From an uncultured Gammaproteobacteria bacterium (lineage in GTDB: Bacteria > Patescibacteriota > Microgenomatia > Levybacterales > GWA1-39-11): a stretch of DNA of 64,000 nt. This document shows, one piece after another, positions 57,873 to 64,000 of the stretch (positions are counted from its first letter, which is position 1; every line of letters begins with the position of its first letter). Both the position numbers and the translations under genes were made by a program. The stretch is taken from contig CAYRUR010000001.1 in NCBI GenBank assembly GCA_964427615.1, forward strand, positions 119,303 to 183,302, read 5' to 3'. Under the pieces are notes generated by a model that worked only from the letters and a program-made list of their open reading frames with translations, did not search any database and was not told where the DNA came from.

Positions 57873-59369
57873 ATGATGTACGATTTTTTTGATAATTTTT
57901 TTCAGAGGCATCCGGTAAAATCAATTCGATTGTTGGAGATTATTCCTCCGGTTGCTTCTCTTTTTTTAATTAGCCTTCCGTTTTGGGGCTCTTTAGTATT
58001 TCCTATTTTTGTTGCCTACTTTATTATTTTCTTTGATATCTACTGGCTGTATAAATCATTTACGTTGGCAGTATACTCTTACTTTGGAACGCGTAAAGTA
58101 AACGAGGCAGAAAAAGCTGACTGGTTGGCCAAAGCTAAAGGTTGTAACAACTTTGAAAAAATACATCATATTATTGTTATTCCCAATTACAAAGAAAAAA
58201 TAGAAAAGTTGCGGGAAACACTTGAGACTCTAAAGTTACAAACCTTTCCTCATAAAAGAATTCATATTTTTCTTGCTATGGAAAATCGGGAGAAAGAAGC
58301 TTCTCAAAAAGCAAGAACCTTACAAAAAGAATTTCAAAATGACTTTGGAGGAGTATATTACACCATGCATCCTATCAAAAAAGGTGAAGTAGCAGGTAAA
58401 TCATCAAATCAAGCATATGCTGCTCGAAGAGCTTATGAGACTCTTGTTGCAGAGAAAAAATTAGACATCAATTACCTTACGATTTCCTCAACTGATGCTG
58501 ATGCCAAATTTGATCCTCAATACTTTGCCTATCTTTCTTATGGTTTTCTGACAAGTGAAGAACCTCATTTGCGTATTTGGCAGTCTGCCATTGTTTTTTA
58601 TAATAACTTTTGGCAAGTACCTTCCTTTACTCGGATTATCTCATTTTTTGGTAGCCTATGGAGAACAGCACTCTTGCTGCAGCAAGTAAAACTCTTGCCT
58701 CATGCTACTTACTCACTATCATTTAAACTCTTAAAAGATATTGGTTATTGGGATACTGATGTGATCCCAGAAGATTACCGAACCTTTTTTAAAGCCTTTT
58801 TTAAAACACAAGGAAAGGTGGAGGTTGAGCCCATTTTTCTCAAAACGTCTGTTGATGCTGCTCAGTCTTCCACTTATAAAAGCAGTCTTATGAATCGATA
58901 TCATCAAGAAAGAAGATGGTCATGGGGAGTCTCAGACGTAGCAGTGTATTTTAAATGGGGGTTGACGGTAAAGGGAGTTTCTTTTTGGCGCAAGGCTTTT
59001 CTACTGGGAAATGTGTTAAGTGACCATGTCTTGTGGCCTGCGTACTGGTATATTATTACGATTTCTGCAAACTTAGTCGTTATCTTTAACCCAGTATTTA
59101 GTAGAACAAGTTTGGGATACATGTTGCCTCGTGTTTCTGGTCTTATTTTAACGGTCTGTTTGCTTTCTTTACTTATTATGATTTATGTTGATTATATCTT
59201 GCAGGCGCGTCATACAAAGCCATCCAAAGTGCGCAGGCTTATTTTTCCTTTTGAATTTTTACTCATGCCAGTTGCAGGATTTTTTCTTTCCTCTCTCCCT
59301 GCACTTATTTCCCATGTACAGCTTATTATGGGAAAACGGCTTGAATATAAAGTTACTGAAAAAGTATGA
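57873..59369 (+). CDS. GT2 family membrane glycosyltransferase
   Basis: IPNYKE, GKSSN, DAD, IPED, QERRWSWG. Confidence 0.88.
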   Translation: MMYDFFDNFFQRHPVKSIRLLEIIPPVASLFLISLPFWGSLVFPIFVAYFIIFFDIYWLYKSFTLAVYSYFGTRKVNEAEKADWLAKAKGCNNFEKIHHIIVIPNYKEKIEKLRETLETLKLQTFPHKRIHIFLAMENREKEASQKARTLQKEFQNDFGGVYYTMHPIKKGEVAGKSSNQAYAARRAYETLVAEKKLDINYLTISSTDADAKFDPQYFAYLSYGFLTSEEPHLRIWQSAIVFYNNFWQVPSFTRIISFFGSLWRTALLLQQVKLLPHATYSLSFKLLKDIGYWDTDVIPEDYRTFFKAFFKTQGKVEVEPIFLKTSVDAAQSSTYKSSLMNRYHQERRWSWGVSDVAVYFKWGLTVKGVSFWRKAFLLGNVLSDHVLWPAYWYIITISANLVVIFNPVFSRTSLGYMLPRVSGLILTVCLLSLLIMIYVDYILQARHTKPSKVRRLIFPFEFLLMPVAGFFLSSLPALISHVQLIMGKRLEYKVTEKV

Positions 59370-60883
59370 ATAGAGCAAAATCTTTCTTAGGGAAAAAAGC
59401 ACAATTTTTACAAAAGGAAGTTGTGTTTTTACCTCTTTGCCTTATTACCTTTATTTTTCTGCGAATGCCTTCTTTATGGGAACCTGCTTGGTATGGGGAT
59501 GAGGCAATTTATCAAGTGATTGGGATGGCACTTAATGAGGGAAGAGTGTTATATCTTGATATTTGGGACAACAAACCCCCTCTTTTGTACTGGATATACG
59601 CCTTTGCCCATGCTGATCTTTTTTCAGTGAAGTTATTATCTCTTTTAGCTGGATTACTTTCTGTTATTGTTTTTTTCTTGTTGGCAAAGGTGGTGCTCAA
59701 GAAAACACCGGCAGTTTATCTAGCAACAGCAGTGTACAGCGTATTATTTGGCCTACCCTTATTAGAAGGCAATATTGCTAATGCAGAAAATTTTATGCAT
59801 CTTCCTATTTTTCTTGCTTTTTTTATATTACTTTTTTCCTTGCAAAAAATATCAGGTCGATCTTATACCAAAAAGTTGTTTTTTCCTTTTGCGTTTGCCG
59901 GGTTATTATTATCAATTGCGTTTAGTATTAAAATAGTGGCTCTTTTTGATTTTTTGGCACTTTTTATCATGGCTTTTACCATGATGCTTCCTGAAAAAAT
60001 ATCCCTGCAAAGTATTACAAAAATGGTGTGGGAAAAAGGTCACCTTTTTCTTATTTTTCTTTTATCTTTTACTGTTACGCCACTTCTTTTTATACTTTAT
60101 TTTGCTTATCATCATGCTTTGGCTGAGTATTTGGCAGGGGTATATTTTTCCAATGTTGGTTATGTAAATGTAGAAAATCATTTTATTATCCCGCTGGGAC
60201 TGGTGAGTATTAAAGCAATAGTAGCTTTTATTGCCATAGTGTTAGTAGTCTTGTCTCGTAAAAGACTGTCCATGAGTGGTCTGGTGATTTACATTTGGTG
60301 TATCTTTTCTCTTTTTAGTACCTTTTTTTCTGATAGACCTTACACCCATTACATGTTGATGTTTCTCCCTGCATTTTCTTTGCTTTTAGGTTATGTAATA
60401 CAAGTAAAGAAAAAAGCACAAATAGTTGCTATGAGTATCGTAGTAGGGAGTACAGTGCTTCTTTGGTGGCAGTTTCCTTTGTATACTAAAGTGGGTGCTT
60501 ACTATCAAAATGCGGTTGATTTTGTTCTTCGTACCAAGTCAGTTGAAGCATACCAAGCCTTTTTTGATGCCAGTACTCCTCAAGATTATGCACTTGCTCA
60601 ATTTATTCAAAGTTACACTACAAAAAACGATACTATATTTGTGTGGAGCGATCATGCTCAAATCTATTCGTTATCAGATAAGCTGCCTCCTGGAAAATAT
60701 GCAGTTGCATATCACATTACGTTTTATGAGAATGCTCTCAAACAAACACAAGATGTTTTATCTTTCACTCGTCCTAAGTTAATTATTCAAACTAAAAACA
60801 CGCCTGAAATAAAATACTTTTTGCCAGGATATCGTTTACAGTATAAAATGGGAGAAGCTTTAATTTATGAAAGAGAAATTTAA
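59366..60883 (+). CDS. GT-C (GT39-like) membrane glycosyltransferase
   Basis: WYGDEAIY, LYLDIWDNKPPL, many TM helices. Confidence 0.82.
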   Translation: MNRAKSFLGKKAQFLQKEVVFLPLCLITFIFLRMPSLWEPAWYGDEAIYQVIGMALNEGRVLYLDIWDNKPPLLYWIYAFAHADLFSVKLLSLLAGLLSVIVFFLLAKVVLKKTPAVYLATAVYSVLFGLPLLEGNIANAENFMHLPIFLAFFILLFSLQKISGRSYTKKLFFPFAFAGLLLSIAFSIKIVALFDFLALFIMAFTMMLPEKISLQSITKMVWEKGHLFLIFLLSFTVTPLLFILYFAYHHALAEYLAGVYFSNVGYVNVENHFIIPLGLVSIKAIVAFIAIVLVVLSRKRLSMSGLVIYIWCIFSLFSTFFSDRPYTHYMLMFLPAFSLLLGYVIQVKKKAQIVAMSIVVGSTVLLWWQFPLYTKVGAYYQNAVDFVLRTKSVEAYQAFFDASTPQDYALAQFIQSYTTKNDTIFVWSDHAQIYSLSDKLPPGKYAVAYHITFYENALKQTQDVLSFTRPKLIIQTKNTPEIKYFLPGYRLQYKMGEALIYEREI

Positions 60884-61220
60884 AATACTAACCAGTGACA
60901 AAACTATCAAATATTCACTTATCGTGTCAATAATTGTGTGGTTATTAGCAACAGTAATGATTGCTGTTTTACAAACCATGTTGCCACCACTTATTCCTTT
61001 TTTTAACAGCATGCCATGGGGAGAAGAACGGCTTGCTAGTTCCTGGTGGGTTTTGTCTTTACCTGTTATTTTTTTATGTATTCTGGTTGCCAATTATATT
61101 CTCAGCGGATTTTTTTATAAAAATCATCCTTTAATGGCGCGTTTACTCGTTTTTAATGCTTTGCTTTTTTTGCTACTGGGATTGCTCGCTTACTTGCAAA
61201 TTGTATTCCTGGTATTATAA
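60867..61220 (+). CDS. three-TM membrane protein
   Basis: LPPLIPFFNSMPWGEERLA between TM helices. Confidence 0.65.
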   Translation: MKEKFKILTSDKTIKYSLIVSIIVWLLATVMIAVLQTMLPPLIPFFNSMPWGEERLASSWWVLSLPVIFLCILVANYILSGFFYKNHPLMARLLVFNALLFLLLGLLAYLQIVFLVL

Positions 61221-61225
61221 ATACT

Positions 61226-62281
61226 ATGCAACCTATTTTTATTCTGTCGCTTTTTGCCTCCTTTTTTATAACTGCTTGTCTTATTCCATTAACCATACGC
61301 TTCGCTAAAAAGTACCAGCTAATTGATGACCCAAAGAAGCGTGTTCATCCTGCTGCTGTGCATACCAAACCTATTCCCCGAGCAGGTGGGTTGGCTATTT
61401 ACCTCGGCATATTGGGTGCTAGTCTTATTTTTCTTCCTTTTGATAGAATATTTGGCTCTATTCTTTTTGCTGGAGCTTTAGTTGTTATAGTTGGATTGTT
61501 GGATGATAAATATGATTTATCTCCTTACTTACGGTTTTTAACGAATATTTTTGCTGCTTCTTTTGTGGTATTTCAAGGGATTACGGTCCCTTACATTACC
61601 AATCCTTTTGGCGGATTTTTGGAGTTTGCTAATATGCAGATTTCACTGTTTGGTATGTCTGTATTTTCACTTCCAGCAATTCTTGCGATAGTGTGGATTG
61701 TTTGGGTGATGAATATGCTTAATTGGAGTAAAGGGGTAGACGGACAGATGCCAGGTATTGCAGCAGTTGCTGCTATCGTAATTGGCATAGCCTCACTTCG
61801 TTTTGATACGCTCGCTATGTTGAACATACACACAGCAGTCTTAGCCTTTATTGTGGCGGGAGCTTCCTTAGGCTTTTTACTTTTCAATGTGTATCCTGCG
61901 CGGATTTTTCCTGGGTATAGTGCCACAATTCTGGGCTTTGTTATTGGTATTCTTGCTATTCTTTCGAGTGTAAAATTAGCCACGGCGCTGCTTGTTATGG
62001 GAGTGCCAGCTGCAGATGCTTTATTTACGGTAGTAAGAAGAGTTTTATCCAAGAAATCACCTTTTTGGCACGATAGGGGACATTTACATCATCATCTGCT
62101 CAATTTAGGTTGGGGACATCGGCAGATTGCCTTTTTTTACTGGTCAGTTTCTGTTCTTTTAGGCGTTATAGCACTAAATCTTAGCAGTAAAGGGAAGTTA
62201 TTTGTTATAATCTTAGTGTTGGTTATGGTAACAGGTGGTATCATAGGTTTGAAGATTTTTTTGAAGCAAAAACACACATAA
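61226..62281 (+). CDS. WecA/TagO-type polyprenyl-phosphate HexNAc-1-phosphate transferase (MraY family)
   Basis: PRAGGLAI, GLLDD, NWSKGVDG, NVYPARIF, DRGHLHH. Confidence 0.9.
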   Translation: MQPIFILSLFASFFITACLIPLTIRFAKKYQLIDDPKKRVHPAAVHTKPIPRAGGLAIYLGILGASLIFLPFDRIFGSILFAGALVVIVGLLDDKYDLSPYLRFLTNIFAASFVVFQGITVPYITNPFGGFLEFANMQISLFGMSVFSLPAILAIVWIVWVMNMLNWSKGVDGQMPGIAAVAAIVIGIASLRFDTLAMLNIHTAVLAFIVAGASLGFLLFNVYPARIFPGYSATILGFVIGILAILSSVKLATALLVMGVPAADALFTVVRRVLSKKSPFWHDRGHLHHHLLNLGWGHRQIAFFYWSVSVLLGVIALNLSSKGKLFVIILVLVMVTGGIIGLKIFLKQKHT

Positions 62282-63226
62282 ATGGAGAAATCGTATTGGT
62301 TTTATGTTTTTAAGCTCTTGCGCCCACGTCAATGGATTAAGAACTTGGCGCTTTTTGCAGCGATTGTTTTTGGTGAATTGCTTTTTGATGTTCCCACTCT
62401 TTTTCAGGTATCTTTAGGGTTTTTTGCCTTTTGTTTTCTTTCCTCAATTACCTATATTATCAATGATATTTTTGATGTAAAAAAGGATCGATTGCATCCC
62501 TTCAAAAAGAATCGACCGATTGCCAGTGGTAAAGTTGCGATTAAAGAGGCTGTTTTTATTCTCCTCATTTTAGTGTTAGGAGTTGTGGTAACTGCAGCTT
62601 CTCTTCCACCTGCTTTTTGGCTAATTGCTCTGTTATATCTGGCTATTCAATTTCTGTACTCTTTCTTTTTTAAGGCAGTAGTTATTTTTGATATTTTTAC
62701 CATTGCGACAGGATATATTTTACGTGTTTTGGCAGGGGAGATAATTACTGGGTACCATATTTCTGTCTGGCTGTTGCTTACCACCATTGCATTGTCACTC
62801 TTTTTGGCAGTAGCAAAAAGAAGGTCTGAACTCACTTTGCTAAAAAGTGTTAAAAGTACTGATATTGCAGAGATTAGAAAAAGTCTTTCTCATTACTCAG
62901 AAGGATTGTTGGATGCTTTCTCTGCAATGTTTGCTACTGCTACTTTTATTTTTTACTCAATGTTTACTTTTTTGGAGAACCCAACAGGCGTAAAAATTAA
63001 CTTAACAGTATTGTTGCCTGATTTTCTGCCATACTATTTACAAAGAAAATGGTTGATGATTACTATCTTTCCCGTAATTTATGGGCTGATGAAGTATTTG
63101 CAAGATGTTTATGAAAAAAATGAAGGAGAAAGTCCTGATAGAGTCATCCTTGCAGATAAATCATTACTTGCTTCAGTAGTACTGTGGGCGTTTCTCGTAA
63201 TTGTTATTATTTACTTTATTGGCTAG
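62282..63226 (+). CDS. UbiA-family polyprenyl-phosphate phosphoribosyltransferase (DPPR synthase-like)
   Basis: LLRPRQWIKN, YIINDIFD-x3-DRLHPFKKNRPIASG, GYILRV, AVAKRRSEL, GESP. Confidence 0.85.
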   Translation: MEKSYWFYVFKLLRPRQWIKNLALFAAIVFGELLFDVPTLFQVSLGFFAFCFLSSITYIINDIFDVKKDRLHPFKKNRPIASGKVAIKEAVFILLILVLGVVVTAASLPPAFWLIALLYLAIQFLYSFFFKAVVIFDIFTIATGYILRVLAGEIITGYHISVWLLLTTIALSLFLAVAKRRSELTLLKSVKSTDIAEIRKSLSHYSEGLLDAFSAMFATATFIFYSMFTFLENPTGVKINLTVLLPDFLPYYLQRKWLMITIFPVIYGLMKYLQDVYEKNEGESPDRVILADKSLLASVVLWAFLVIVIIYFIG

Positions 63227-64000
63227 TTTTTGTTGCATAGCGACTACTGATCCATCCAGTAGTATTTTCATCTACTTGTATTTGGTACCAGCCGGTTTGT
63301 TCTTCTAAAAGGGTATATGTTTCTCCTGGTTTTACTTGAGTAATCTCAGAGGAGGAAAGTGAAGCACCACTTCTGACCCGCAGAAAACCAGTAGGAGTGT
63401 CAGAGATGGTCACCTTTTCTTGGTCGTCTTCAATCGACGTTGGAGTGGGTGTGGGCTCTTGAGTGGGGCCAGCAGATTTAAGAATTTCTTCAGTATTACC
63501 TTCTGTTCCTAAGGTTACATTCACAACCACTTTGTAGCCTTCTATGGTTTTGACGCGTAACGTTTTTTTGCTAAACCCCTGTTTTTGGATTTCTATTTCA
63601 TGTTCGGAAGGGGGGATTTTTTTCTGCAAGTAAGGTGTTGCTCCTGAAGGAATGCCATCAATTAATACCATAGCTCCTTCTGGAATAGAGCTAACTAAAA
63701 TCTGTGCATCTTTTGAACCCGCTTTTTCCAAGGTGATAGTAGAAGTACTGGCCAAGGATCCAGGCAAAAAGATTCTTTCTACTGCAGTAAGCAGATCTGG
63801 TTTTACCTCCACTTTGGTAATGAAAGGAGTCATGCTGTTATCTTGGGGAACGAGTTTTATTTCGTATTCTCCTGCTTTAATGGTGTTGTTTTGCTCACAC
63901 TTACAAAAAGGCGTTTCACCTATTTCTTTACCATTAAGAAATACAGTGCTTTTGATGTTAGCAGTAACTTGTAGTCCTCCTTTTTGAGCAGGCCGTAACA
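63216..64000 (-). CDS. PEGA-domain + SH3b surface protein (5' end beyond the window)
   Basis: Frame stays open to the window end; SIPEGAMVLIDG...GATP; LRVRSGAS...GWYQI...GWIS. Confidence 0.8.
   Translation of the reverse strand, partial: LRPAQKGGLQVTANIKSTVFLNGKEIGETPFCKCEQNNTIKAGEYEIKLVPQDNSMTPFITKVEVKPDLLTAVERIFLPGSLASTSTITLEKAGSKDAQILVSSIPEGAMVLIDGIPSGATPYLQKKIPPSEHEIEIQKQGFSKKTLRVKTIEGYKVVVNVTLGTEGNTEEILKSAGPTQEPTPTPTSIEDDQEKVTISDTPTGFLRVRSGASLSSSEITQVKPGETYTLLEEQTGWYQIQVDENTTGWISSRYATKTSQ

Overview
AT-rich bacterial chromosome segment whose gene content points to a Patescibacteria/CPR organism, probably Microgenomates (inferred from the VirB2-like pilin array, VirB6- and VirD4/VirB4-like genes, DUF5667, many GT-C glycosyltransferases and leaderless-type starts). 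Housekeeping genes include nrdR, nrdJ, comF, smpB-ssrA, pcrA/uvrD, tpiA, rpsT, murJ, lepA, groES/groEL and tatD, plus three tRNAs (Ile-UAU, Ser-GCU, Ser-UGA). The most notable locus is 10.3-16.8 kb. It runs: NrdR-boxed nrdR-nrdJ (B12-dependent ribonucleotide reductase), a cobalamin riboswitch, a membrane-anchored DUF4430 transcobalamin-like protein, a DUF6580 S-component-like transporter and PduO. A second cobalamin riboswitch follows, with a long structured leader and terminator, ahead of an unknown Cys-tailed protein and an unannotated 51-aa triple-CxxC protein. Around ssrA (31-codon tag, degenerate D/T loops) lie small endonuclease-plus-palindrome cassettes (GIY-YIG, DUF559) and a GC-rich foreign gene bounded by short direct and inverted repeats. 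All family calls come from motif recognition by eye, not from database searches.
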